Below are positions 1 to 9,575 of a stretch of DNA of 54,320 nt, piece after piece (position 1 is the stretch's first letter; every line of letters begins with the position of its first letter). Position numbers and translations under genes: made by a program. The stretch is from Pirellulales bacterium (lineage in GTDB: Bacteria; Planctomycetota; Planctomycetia; Pirellulales; JAICIG01). The stretch spans positions 1-54,320 of the forward strand of contig JBBDYJ010000002.1 in assembly GCA_040901675.1 (NCBI GenBank), written 5' to 3'. Below the pieces are notes generated by a model that made no database searches, was not told the DNA's origin, and saw only the letters and a program-made list of their open reading frames with translations.

Positions 1-171
1 GCAAAGCGGACTTCGGCGAGCTCAGTCGAGTCGTAGCGTGCCCCAGTCTTCGTCCCTGTTCCAATTCCTCCTTCCTCCTTCCTCCTTCCTCCTTCCTCCT
101 TCTGCCTTCGGTCCGGGTGGCTGGGGCAAAGCGGACTTCGGCGAGCTCAGTCGAGTCGTAGCGTGCCCCAG
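1..171 (+). repeat. REP-like palindrome GGGGCAAAGCG-(n)-TAGCGTGCCCCAG; further copies near 1474, 1526, 3274, 3372, 3471, 19445, 24890, 27678, 36025, 40683
   Basis: Multiple near-identical dispersed copies, with or without an internal 25-bp cassette. Confidence 0.9.
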
Positions 172-277
172 GTGTTTTTCTATTTGACGCCGGTCGGCCG
201 GCATGGCATTCTGTCCAGCGCTACCGGTGAGACACAACCCTGAGAACCCTGGCCCAGAGTTGGAAGGCGTAATAGAG

Positions 278-1441
278 ATGTCCACCTACGGCTGCGTCCC
301 TTTGGTGATTGCCGTCCTGATTGCCGTCCCGGCGGCGGAGGGCCAGGAGGCGGACGGTTTTCGCGCCGCGCTGTTCAATGGCGAGAATCTGGACGGCTGG
401 CACGTGACCGGTTGCGAGGCGGCCGTCGCGGATCGCCTGTTGGTGCTCCAGAGCGGCAACGGCCTGGTGCGGACCGATCACGAGTACGGCGACTTCGTCC
501 TGGAGCTCGACTGGCGGGCCGAAAAGGACGCCGACTGGGATTCCGGAATCTTCTTCCGCGCCGCGCTTCCCGAAAAAGGCCGCCCCTGGCCCACGCGCTA
601 CCAGGTCAACCTGCTCGCCGGACAGGAAGGCAACGTCAAGGGCCTCGAAGGCGCGCAGAGCACCGGCCTGGTTAAGCCGGGTCAGTGGAACCATTTCAAG
701 TTGAAGGTCGTGGGCAGCCAGGCCGAGCTGGAAATCAACGGCCAGCCCGCCTGGAAGGCCAGCGGCGTCGAGCCGGCCAGCGGTTACCTGGGCCTGCAGG
801 CCGAGGTCGACAAGGGAGGCCGGTTCCAGTTCAAGAACCTGGTCGTGACCGAGCTGCGCCACCGTTCGCTGTTCAACGGCCGGGATCTAAGCGGTTGGTC
901 GGGTGGCGGCGGAGAAGCCTCGGCCTGCTGGAAGGTCGCCGATGGCTTGCTCGAGTGTACCGGCGAAAAAGGCCCCTGGCTGCGGAGCCAGCGCGAACAC
1001 GGCGACTTCAACTTGCGGCTGCAATACCGCTTGAAGACGGGGGGCAACTCGGGCGTCTTTGTCCGCGTCCCCGAAGACGGGGCCCACCAGGGACGCGAAA
1101 TGGCCGGTGGCGGCCCCAGCGGCGTTGAAGTGCAGATCCTCGACGACGCTTCCGGGCGCTATCGCGAAATCCAGCCATACCAGTTCGCCGGCAGCATCTA
1201 CGCGATTGCCCCCGCCGAACATCACGTGAGCCGGCTGCCGGGCCGCTGGAATACGCTGGAGATCGATTGCCGTGGCACCCACTATCGCATCGTTCACAAT
1301 GGAGTCGTGCTTGTCGACGCCGACGCCGAGCGGTTCCCCGAGCTTGCCAACCGCGAGCTCAGCGGATTCCTCGGCCTGCAAAACCACAGCGAACAGGTCT
1401 GGTTCCGCGACCTGCGCGTCGCCACCTCCGATGCCAACTAA
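278..1441 (+). CDS. Tandem DUF1080 (3-keto-disaccharide hydrolase-like) secreted protein
   Basis: Two LFNGxxLxGW...NSG/DSG...W..GxxGLQ modules; signal peptide after ATG 278. Confidence 0.85.
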   Translation: MSTYGCVPLVIAVLIAVPAAEGQEADGFRAALFNGENLDGWHVTGCEAAVADRLLVLQSGNGLVRTDHEYGDFVLELDWRAEKDADWDSGIFFRAALPEKGRPWPTRYQVNLLAGQEGNVKGLEGAQSTGLVKPGQWNHFKLKVVGSQAELEINGQPAWKASGVEPASGYLGLQAEVDKGGRFQFKNLVVTELRHRSLFNGRDLSGWSGGGGEASACWKVADGLLECTGEKGPWLRSQREHGDFNLRLQYRLKTGGNSGVFVRVPEDGAHQGREMAGGGPSGVEVQILDDASGRYREIQPYQFAGSIYAIAPAEHHVSRLPGRWNTLEIDCRGTHYRIVHNGVVLVDADAERFPELANRELSGFLGLQNHSEQVWFRDLRVATSDAN

Positions 1442-3236
1442 AGACCAGATGTCAGAAGGCAGTCCAGAGCTCGGGTGCCTGGGGCAAAGCGTCAGCGTGC
1501 CCCAGTCTTCGTCGTCCCTTATCGCGGGTGCCTGGGGCAAAGCGTCAGCGTGCCCCAGTCTTCGTCCGTCCCCCGCGTTCGCCTTGTCGCCTTGTCGCCT
1601 TGTCCCCTTGTCGTTCTTCCCCCCGCCTTGTCCCCTTGTCGTTCTTGCGTCGCTCCTGGCCCTGGCGGCGTCCGCCTCCCCCGCTCGCGCGGACCACCTC
1701 CGCGGCCTGCAGGCCGGCGCGGTTTCCGAAGGCCGCGCCTCGTGGGGTTACTGGGGCACCGATCCCAAAAAGTACGCCGGCTGGTCCAGCCACACCAACC
1801 GGCTGGTCCCCGTCTACACGTTTGGTATCACGCTGGCCGACGTGTCGGGTCCACACAGCGTCTACCGCGACGCCGACCGCCTGCGCCGCCTGTATGGCCG
1901 GCTGCCCGAGGGCACGCTCAACCCGCGGGCCGACTACTTCGACCAGACCGACATTTATCACTTGCAAAAGATGGCCGTGGCGGCCGGCAAAAAATACATC
2001 GTGCTGATCGTCTTCGACGGCATGGACTGGCAAACCACCTGGGCGGCGGCCGTTTATCAGTCGGGCCGCGTGGGCTATCGCCAGGGGCGCGGCGCCGGCC
2101 TGGCATTCCAGGATTATCGAGGGGTCCAGACCGATTTCGGCTGCATCGTGACCAGCCCGCACAACGATGGCACCACCTACCGCGTCGACAGTCAAACCGT
2201 CACCAATCCCGGCGGGCTGGTGCCGGGCGGGTACGACTGGCGCCTGGGCGGCGAAAAACCATGGACGCACGGCCTGGACCCCACCTATCTGATCTGCGAG
2301 TGCGGCGAGCGCAAGCACGCCTACACCGACTCGGCTTCGTCGGCCACTTCGATGACGGCCGGCATCAAGACCTACAACGACGCCATCAACGTCGATTCCC
2401 AGGGCCGCCAGGTGTCGACGATTGCCCGCCAACTGCAGGCTCGCGGCTTTGCCCTGGGCCTGGTCACCAATGTGCCGATCAGCCATGCCACTCCAGCGGC
2501 CGCATATGCCAACAACGTTTCGCGCGACGACTACCAGGACCTCACCCGCGACCTGCTGGGACTCGCGAGCGTGGCGCACCCCGACTCGCCTTTGCCGGGA
2601 GCCGACGTGCTGATCGGCGCCGGCTGGGGACAGAAGGCGGCGAGCGACTCGGGGCAGGGCAGCAACTTCGTGCCGGGCAATAAATACCTGACCGACGAAG
2701 ACCTCGCGCGCATCGACCAGGCCTCCGGCGGGGCATACCGCGTCTGCCAGCGGACCGCCGGCGCCAACGGGAGCGAGCTGTTGAACGCGGCTGCCGCCGA
2801 GGCGGCACGGCACGGCCAGCGGTTGCTGGGCTTCTTCGGCGTTCTCACCGGTCACCTCCCCTATCAAACGGCCGACGGCGGTTACGATCCCGCGCCCGGC
2901 CGGCTCAGGATTGCCGAGCCCTACAGCAAGGCCGACGTGCAGGAGAATCCGACGCTGGCCGACATGACCAGGGCCGCCCTGACGGTGCTCTCAAAAAACC
3001 CCGAAGGATTCTGGCTGATGATTGAGCCGGGCGACGTCGACTGGGCCAACCACGACAACAACTTGGACAACGCGATCGGCGCCGTGAAAAGCGGCGACGA
3101 CGCCTTCCGCGAGGTGGCCGCCTGGGCCGAAAAGCACGGCCGTTGGGACCAGACCGTCGTCATCCTCACGGCCGACCACGGCCACTACCTGGTGATCGAG
3201 CAACCCGACGCCCTCATCCCGCCCCTGTCAAAGTAG
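1431..3236 (+). CDS. Alkaline phosphatase family protein (start uncertain; 5' end overlaps repeats)
   Basis: FDGMD, TDSASSAT, SHATPAA, MIEPGDVDWANHDN and TADHGH metal-site motifs. Confidence 0.85.
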   Translation: MPTKDQMSEGSPELGCLGQSVSVPQSSSSLIAGAWGKASACPSLRPSPAFALSPCRLVPLSFFPPPCPLVVLASLLALAASASPARADHLRGLQAGAVSEGRASWGYWGTDPKKYAGWSSHTNRLVPVYTFGITLADVSGPHSVYRDADRLRRLYGRLPEGTLNPRADYFDQTDIYHLQKMAVAAGKKYIVLIVFDGMDWQTTWAAAVYQSGRVGYRQGRGAGLAFQDYRGVQTDFGCIVTSPHNDGTTYRVDSQTVTNPGGLVPGGYDWRLGGEKPWTHGLDPTYLICECGERKHAYTDSASSATSMTAGIKTYNDAINVDSQGRQVSTIARQLQARGFALGLVTNVPISHATPAAAYANNVSRDDYQDLTRDLLGLASVAHPDSPLPGADVLIGAGWGQKAASDSGQGSNFVPGNKYLTDEDLARIDQASGGAYRVCQRTAGANGSELLNAAAAEAARHGQRLLGFFGVLTGHLPYQTADGGYDPAPGRLRIAEPYSKADVQENPTLADMTRAALTVLSKNPEGFWLMIEPGDVDWANHDNNLDNAIGAVKSGDDAFREVAAWAEKHGRWDQTVVILTADHGHYLVIEQPDALIPPLSK

Positions 3237-3780
3237 CCCTCATCCCGGCGCGCCGGGACGTGAGGAAGCCCCCGGGTGCCTGGGGCAAAGCGTTAGCGTG
3301 CCCCAGTCTTCTTCCCTATCCACCAGCGTTCCCCTTGTCTCCTTGTCGCCTTGTCGCCTTGTCGTTCCCCGGGGTGCCTGGGGCAAAGCGTTAGCGTGCC
3401 CCAGTCTTCGCCCGTATCCCCCCCGCGTTCCCGTTATCTCCTTGTCTCCTTGTCTCCTTGTCGTTCCCCGGGGTGCCTGGGCTAAAGCGTTAGCGTGCCC
3501 CAGTCTTCGGCTTCGCCTCCGCGTGAGGCCGCCCGTCGAGTAGCCCTCACGCTCCGCGTGAGGAAGCCCGTCACGCCCCAGCGTGACGCCTATTATCGAA
3601 TCCATATATTTCCCTCATCGGCCTTATCCCTTGGATCTTGGCTGCGGCCTGGAACCGGTTCTCCAAGTTCTAAGTTCCAAGATCCAAGCCCAAAGGTCGC
3701 CCAGTGGCCTGTCTATGAGCCGGCTGCTATTCTTGAAACAAGTTGACAGGCCGACACCACCCTCTACACCGGGAACGATC

Positions 3781-5124
3781 ATGGTCCGAGCTGACGACGG
3801 TCTCCAATCGCTGCGCGCGGCGGCGCGCGTCTCTCCCGACAATATCCCCTTGCGGCAGCACCTGGCCGACACGCTGCTGGGCCGCGGGCAACTCGAAGAG
3901 GCCGAGGCCGAGTATCGCAAGGCGCTCACACTGGCACCGCAATCGGTGCCGCTCAAGCTCGGCTTGGCTCGCGCTTTCTTCATGCAAAGTAAGGACAGCG
4001 CGGCATCCGTCATCGTGGAAGAGCTGCTCAAGGATCGCGATCGGCCCGCCCAGGCCCACTTGCTCTACGCCCGGCTGCTGTCGCGGGCCGGCGACGTCCA
4101 GCGCGCCGTGGCCCAGTACAAGCTGGCCGTGGAAATCGACCCGCAGGCGGCCGACGCCGAGTTCGCTTCGCGGCTGGGCATCGGCGCGGATCCGGACTCT
4201 TCCGAGATCATCGAGGGACGGCAGCGCGCTGGCTGGCAGGAGACGGATGAGCCCATCGAGCAGGACATGGAACGCCCCCGTGTCAACTTCGAGCACGTGG
4301 GAGGCATGGAGAAGCTCAAGGAAGAAATCCGGCTGAAGATTATCTATCCGGTCACGCATCCGGAGATCTACCAGGCCTACGGCAAATCGGCGGGCGGCGG
4401 CATTCTGATGTACGGGCCGCCGGGCTGCGGCAAGACGCACCTGGCGCGGGCCACCGCGGGCGAGATCCACGCCAGCTTTCGGGTGGTCGGGATCAACGAC
4501 GTCCTGGACATGTGGATTGGCAACAGCGAGCGGAACCTGCACGAGCTGTTCGACCAGGCCCGCCGCAACACCCCTTGCGTGTTGTTCTTCGACGAAGTCG
4601 ACGCCCTCGGCGCCCGCCGCAGCGACATGCAGCACAGCGCCGGCCGCCACCTGATTAACCAGTTCCTCTCCGAGATGGACGGCGTCGATACCTCGAACGA
4701 GGGCATCCTGGTCCTGGCCGCCACGAATGCTCCCTGGCACCTCGATCCCGCCTTCCGCCGTCCGGGCCGCTTCGACCGGATCCTGTTCGTCCCCCCGCCG
4801 GATGCCCCGGCCCGGGCGGCGATCTTGCGGATCCTCTGCCGGGGCAAGCCGCTGGCCACCATCGACTACGACCACCTGGTCAAGAAGACCCAAGACTTCT
4901 CGGGCGCCGACTTGAAGGCCATACTCGACGTGGCCGTCGAGCAGAAGCTGCAGGTCGCCATGCGGGAAGGGATTCCCAAGCCGCTGGAAACCAAGGACCT
5001 GCTCTCGGCCGCCGCTTCGCTCAAGCCTACTACGCGGGAGTGGTTCTCCACCGCCCGCAATTATGCCCTCTATTCGAACCAGGGGGGCATCTACGACGAC
5101 ATCCTCACGTACATGAAGCTCTGA
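3781..5124 (+). CDS. TPR-containing AAA+ ATPase
   Basis: N-terminal TPR-like helices; GPPGCGKT Walker A, FFDEVD Walker B, AATN...DPAFRRPGRFD. Confidence 0.9.
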   Translation: MVRADDGLQSLRAAARVSPDNIPLRQHLADTLLGRGQLEEAEAEYRKALTLAPQSVPLKLGLARAFFMQSKDSAASVIVEELLKDRDRPAQAHLLYARLLSRAGDVQRAVAQYKLAVEIDPQAADAEFASRLGIGADPDSSEIIEGRQRAGWQETDEPIEQDMERPRVNFEHVGGMEKLKEEIRLKIIYPVTHPEIYQAYGKSAGGGILMYGPPGCGKTHLARATAGEIHASFRVVGINDVLDMWIGNSERNLHELFDQARRNTPCVLFFDEVDALGARRSDMQHSAGRHLINQFLSEMDGVDTSNEGILVLAATNAPWHLDPAFRRPGRFDRILFVPPPDAPARAAILRILCRGKPLATIDYDHLVKKTQDFSGADLKAILDVAVEQKLQVAMREGIPKPLETKDLLSAAASLKPTTREWFSTARNYALYSNQGGIYDDILTYMKL

Positions 5125-5137
5125 CGCGCCTTTCCGG

Positions 5138-6415
5138 ATGGATAAGCACCTCACCCGCGCGCAGTTGCTCATTGCGCGCTCGCGATACGAGCAGGCGGCG
5201 GCCGAGCTGCGGCGGCAACTCGCCGACGAACCGGACAACCCGCTCGTCCACGCGCTGCTGGCCCTCTGCCTGGTTGAGCAAAAAAAGTACGATGATGCGA
5301 CGGCCGAAGCACGCCAAGCCATCCATCTCGCGCCGGACGTCCCGTTTACTCACTACGCCCTGGCCGAGGTGCTTTACAGTCGCAACCGAATGCAACAGGC
5401 TCTGCAAGCAATTACCGAAGCCATCGCTCTCGACAATGAAGATGCCGATTACTTTGGCCTGCTGGCGGCCATCCATTTTGACCAGAGCCGCTGGGCCGAT
5501 GCCCTCGCCGCGGCCGAGCAGGGCCTAAGCTGCGATCCCGACCACTCCGGCTGCGCCAACCTCCGCGCCATGGCCCAGGTGAAATTGGGGCGCAAGGACC
5601 AGGCGGGCGCTACGATCGACGCGGCCCTGGCGCGCGATCCCGAGGATGCGCTGACCCATGCCAACCAGGGCTGGCTGCTGTTGGAAAAGCGTGAGCCGCT
5701 CAAGGCCGCCGAGCACTTCCGCGAGGCGTTGCGGCTCGATCCCGAGGCGGAATGGGCGCGCGAGGGAATCATCGAGGCGATCAAGGCCAGGAACCCGATC
5801 TATCGCCTCATGTTGCGATACTTCCTCTGGATGGCCCGCTTGCCTCCCAGGACGCAATGGCTCGTCATCATCGGCGTGTTCATCGTGGCCCGAGTGGCGC
5901 GGTCCATCGCCCGCAACAACCCCGATCTGGCCCCGTACGTTATACCCCTGTTGGTTCTCTATGTCGTCTTCGCTTTTATGACCTGGCTTGCCCAGCCTCT
6001 GTTCGACGTCTTGCTGCTCTTCAACCGGTTCGGGCGGCACGCGCTTCCACCGGAGCGCTTTACGGCCTCGATCTGGATCGCCGGGTGCCTGCTGTGCACT
6101 TTGGCCGGGGCGGCCATGGCGTGGGCCACGCTCAACCCCGGCGGCTTGGTCGTGGCGCTAGTATGTGCTATGCTCGCGATCCCACTGTCGGCGGTCTGGC
6201 GTTGCGAGCCCGGCTGGCCTCGCAAGTCGATGGCCGTTTACACAATCGTCCTGGCGGGCGTGGGCCTCTTCGCGGCACTGTCGTTCTTCTTGCCGGACGA
6301 GCTTGCCAGCCTCATGATCGGCGCGTCCATTTACGCCTTGCTCGCGTTCCTGCTGGGCGCGATTGCCGCCCCATGGGTGTCAAACGTGCTCATCCACCTT
6401 CGCTCGCGCTATTGA
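5138..6415 (+). CDS. TPR repeat protein with C-terminal transmembrane helices
   Basis: Repeated TPR-like units followed by about 6 hydrophobic segments; 13 bp after the AAA gene. Confidence 0.8.
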   Translation: MDKHLTRAQLLIARSRYEQAAAELRRQLADEPDNPLVHALLALCLVEQKKYDDATAEARQAIHLAPDVPFTHYALAEVLYSRNRMQQALQAITEAIALDNEDADYFGLLAAIHFDQSRWADALAAAEQGLSCDPDHSGCANLRAMAQVKLGRKDQAGATIDAALARDPEDALTHANQGWLLLEKREPLKAAEHFREALRLDPEAEWAREGIIEAIKARNPIYRLMLRYFLWMARLPPRTQWLVIIGVFIVARVARSIARNNPDLAPYVIPLLVLYVVFAFMTWLAQPLFDVLLLFNRFGRHALPPERFTASIWIAGCLLCTLAGAAMAWATLNPGGLVVALVCAMLAIPLSAVWRCEPGWPRKSMAVYTIVLAGVGLFAALSFFLPDELASLMIGASIYALLAFLLGAIAAPWVSNVLIHLRSRY

Positions 6416-6601
6416 ATAGCGCGACAGCGCCGCTAATTGTGCCACTGCTTGGAGGCTGCCGGCGTGCTCCGCCAAAGGCGGACCGAGTGCGAAAAAAGGG
6501 GATAAGTCCAATTAACACACGAAGGTCGACCTATCCCGAATTATTCTCTTTTGGTTTAGATCCTCTACTAAACCCAACGAGCCTCGAGTGACGAGCGCCG
6601 C

Positions 6602-7063
6602 TCAGAACTCGTCGGCGCTGCGCAGCCAGGCAGCGTCGGCCGGCTCGTAGGCGCAGATCTCCTCAGGGCGGAAATACAGCGCGATCTCCCGAGCCGCCGC
6701 CTCGGGCCCGTCCGACGCGTGCACCAGGTTCATCTGCCGGCTCGAGCTGAAGTCCCCCCGGATCGTGCCGGCCGCCGCCTTCAACCCGCTGGTCGCACCC
6801 AGCATCTCGCGGACCACGCGGATCGCCTCGAGCCCTTCGATGATCGCAACCACCACGGGCCCGCCGGTGATAAAGCTCTCCAGCGCGGGATAGAACGGCT
6901 TCGAGACGTGCTCGGCATAGTGCCGGCCCGACAGCTCCTTCGTGATCCGCATCATCTTCATGGCGATCACGTTCAGCCCCTTGTCTTCGAACCGGCTCAG
7001 CACGCGCCCCACCAGCCGGCGCTGCACGCAATCGGGTTTGAACAGAATCAGCGTGCGCTCCAT
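6602..7063 (-). CDS. ndk: Nucleoside diphosphate kinase
   Basis: MERTLILFKPD, GTIRGDF, NLVHASD catalytic His. Confidence 0.97.
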   Translation of the reverse strand: MERTLILFKPDCVQRRLVGRVLSRFEDKGLNVIAMKMMRITKELSGRHYAEHVSKPFYPALESFITGGPVVVAIIEGLEAIRVVREMLGATSGLKAAAGTIRGDFSSSRQMNLVHASDGPEAAAREIALYFRPEEICAYEPADAAWLRSADEF

Positions 7064-7284
7064 GAACAATTTCTCCGTGGCTCTCCATCCTTATCGTGAA
7101 AACGCGCGATTGTACGCTCCCGCCCCACCAGCCTCAAGCCAACCGGCGCCCCGTGCCCGCACCCGCCAGGCGCCGCTGCCGGCTCGCCAATAGCGCTGGC
7201 CTTCTTACCAAGTCCCAAGCACTAAGCACCAAGACCTGTCCTTCCTCCTTCTGCCTTCCTCCTTCTGCCTTCCTCCTTCTGCCT

Positions 7285-8229
7285 TCATCCTTCTGCCCTC
7301 TGCCTTGCCTCGTACCCCGCCTCCCGCAACTGGTCGATCATGTCGCGCGTGGCGGCCGCCACGGCCTCTTGCCAGCGGGCAGAGCCAAAGCGGTCCCGGT
7401 ACTCGCTTCGCGAGTGAGCGAAGATGATCCCCCGCGAGTTGTTGATCACGGCCCCCAGCCCTCCCTGGTCGAACGCGCCGATCACGTCGCGGGCGGTGCC
7501 GCCCTGGCTGCCGAAGCCAGGCACCAACAGCCAGGCGTGCGGCATCGCGGCCCGCAAGGCCGCCAGTTGCTCGGGATAGGTGGCGCCCACCACCGCGCCC
7601 ACAAATCCGTAGCCCGCCGCACCCTTCGTTTGCTGCGCCAGCCGCTCCACGTACTCGGCCACGTGCTGATACAAAGGCCGCCCCTCGGCGGAGAGGTCCT
7701 GAAACTGCCCGCCGCCGAGGTTCGATGTCTTGACCAGCACGAACAGCCCCGCCTGCCGCCGCCCGGCAACTTCCACAAATGGTTGCAGGCTGTCGTCGCC
7801 CAGATAGGGATTCACCGTTAGGGCATCGGCCCCCCAGGCGCTGTCGGCCCCCAGGAACCCCTCGGCATAAGCGGCCGCCGTCGAGCCGATGTCGTTGCGT
7901 TTGCCGTCCAAAACCACCAGCAGGCCCCGACGGCGTGCGTACCTCACCACGTCGGCCAGCACCTGCATGCCGGCCGGGCCGAGCTGTTCGAAGCAGGCCG
8001 ACTGCGGTTTGACCGCCGGCACCAGGCCGGCAGCCACATCGATGACCCCCTGGCAAAACGTCCGGTATGCATCGGCCACGTGGGCCAAATCGTCCTTTCG
8101 GTCCGCCTGAACCAGTCCGGCCGGCAACTGTTCCAGCCGCGGGTCGAGGCCGACCACCACCGGGTTCTCGAGGCGGGCGACGGCCTCGGCCAGCCGGTCG
8201 GCAAAGTGCTGAGTGCCAATGCGGTCCAT
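7285..8229 (-). CDS. pyrF: Orotidine-5'-phosphate decarboxylase (start approximate)
   Basis: VGLDP, KPQ, DGKRNDIGST, TVNPYLG, LVPGFGSQGG, NSRGI. Confidence 0.95.
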   Translation of the reverse strand: MDRIGTQHFADRLAEAVARLENPVVVGLDPRLEQLPAGLVQADRKDDLAHVADAYRTFCQGVIDVAAGLVPAVKPQSACFEQLGPAGMQVLADVVRYARRRGLLVVLDGKRNDIGSTAAAYAEGFLGADSAWGADALTVNPYLGDDSLQPFVEVAGRRQAGLFVLVKTSNLGGGQFQDLSAEGRPLYQHVAEYVERLAQQTKGAAGYGFVGAVVGATYPEQLAALRAAMPHAWLLVPGFGSQGGTARDVIGAFDQGGLGAVINNSRGIIFAHSRSEYRDRFGSARWQEAVAAATRDMIDQLREAGYEARQRAEG

Positions 8230-8622
8230 GGCCAACAGCTTACCGCAAAAGGCCCAAAACTTCTCTAGACAGACTGAGGGGGCCGTTGTATCATCCAGCA
8301 TCAAGAGCTATTTCACTCTTTCGAGGGCAAAGCAGCCTCAAGCACGTCTCTGAGCCGCCATCCTGTCAATCCCTCCTTTTTTCGCCACGAGCCCGACTGC
8401 TGTAGCCGTGACTGACGAGCGGAGTTGAATAGAGTCGGTTGATGTTGGTTACAGGCACTTGTCGGAGCTGATGGAATCTCTTACGGCGCTCGGCCAATGC
8501 CCGAGCGGTTTTCCTGTGTTGGTACGTGGTCAAACGCAAACGGTTCGAATGCCGCTGGGGCATCTGTCGGCGGGGATCACGCGGTTTCTGTGTCTGTTCA
8601 AAACGGAGCAAGGATTATTCTG

Positions 8623-8952
8623 ATGGCGAAGAAGTTGTATGTGGGCAATCTGCCCTGGTCGTTTACCTCCGCTGATCTCGAAGCGTTGTTCACCCCCTAT
8701 GGCACGGTCCAGTCGGCCGAAGTCGTGTCCGACCGCGAGACCGGCCGTTCGCGCGGCTTTGGCTTCGTGGAAATGGAGTCTCAGCAAGCCTCCGAGGAGG
8801 CGGTTCGCGCCCTGAACGAGTCGGACCTGCAAGGCAGGGCCTTGACCGTCAACGAAGCCCGCGAGCGCGCTCCGGGCGGCGGTGGGGGCGGAGGCCGGGG
8901 CGGTTACGGCGGCGGGGGCGGAGGCCGGGGCGGAAAGGGCCGCTCGTACTAA
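8623..8952 (+). CDS. RRM RNA-binding protein with Gly-rich tail
   Basis: LYVGNL (RNP2) and RGFGFVEM (RNP1). Confidence 0.95.
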   Translation: MAKKLYVGNLPWSFTSADLEALFTPYGTVQSAEVVSDRETGRSRGFGFVEMESQQASEEAVRALNESDLQGRALTVNEARERAPGGGGGGGRGGYGGGGGGRGGKGRSY

Positions 8953-8973
8953 CTGCCGGCCGGACTGCCAAGG

Positions 8974-9001
8974 CGGCACCCCGCGGGGTGCTAGCATTTT
9001 T
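8974..9001 (+). terminator. Putative intrinsic terminator
   Basis: GCACCCCGCGGGGTGC hairpin followed by a T-run just after the RRM stop. Confidence 0.5.
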
Positions 9002-9119
9002 AATCAAAGTATCTTGATAAGTGAGTGCGACTTACTTACGCTGTCGAGCACAAAGGCCCCGGCGGTGCGCCGCCGGTCCCTGCGTTTTACTAGAGTTCGA
9101 GTGAGATAGGAGTGGCGAG

Positions 9120-9332
9120 ATGCCCACGGGAACGATCAAAAAGCTGGTCCATGACAAGGGTTTTGGGTTCATTCAGACGCAAGATGGGGCCGACGTGTTC
9201 TTCCATCATTCCAGCGTCGCCGATCATCAGTTTGACAACCTGACCGAAGGCCAGCGCGTCGAGTACACGGTGGAGCAGGGGGGCGGTCCCAAGGGCAAGG
9301 GCCCCCGGGCAGCGTCGGTCACGCCTGCCTAG
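9120..9332 (+). CDS. Cold-shock domain protein
   Basis: KGFGFI, DVFFHHS, KGPRA; GGAG RBS. Confidence 0.95.
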   Translation: MPTGTIKKLVHDKGFGFIQTQDGADVFFHHSSVADHQFDNLTEGQRVEYTVEQGGGPKGKGPRAASVTPA

Positions 9333-9575
9333 GGATGTTTCCAGCCAGGGTGATCGAAGCTTGCCGAGGCCCAATGCCCTTCGATTGCCGGGCGCGCGTC
9401 CCATCCGGCCCTAAAGCCGAAACGCTCCGGAACCATTCGCGTATGATTGAGGGTGGCCCTCGGCGAGGTCACCCTTTTCTTTGCGCGCTTGCGTCCGCCC
9501 TCCGCTGCCCCACGCGCTGGCCCTGTTTGCGGCCCGTTCGCGCGGGCCCGGCTAAGAACGCCTGCTTGGCACCCC

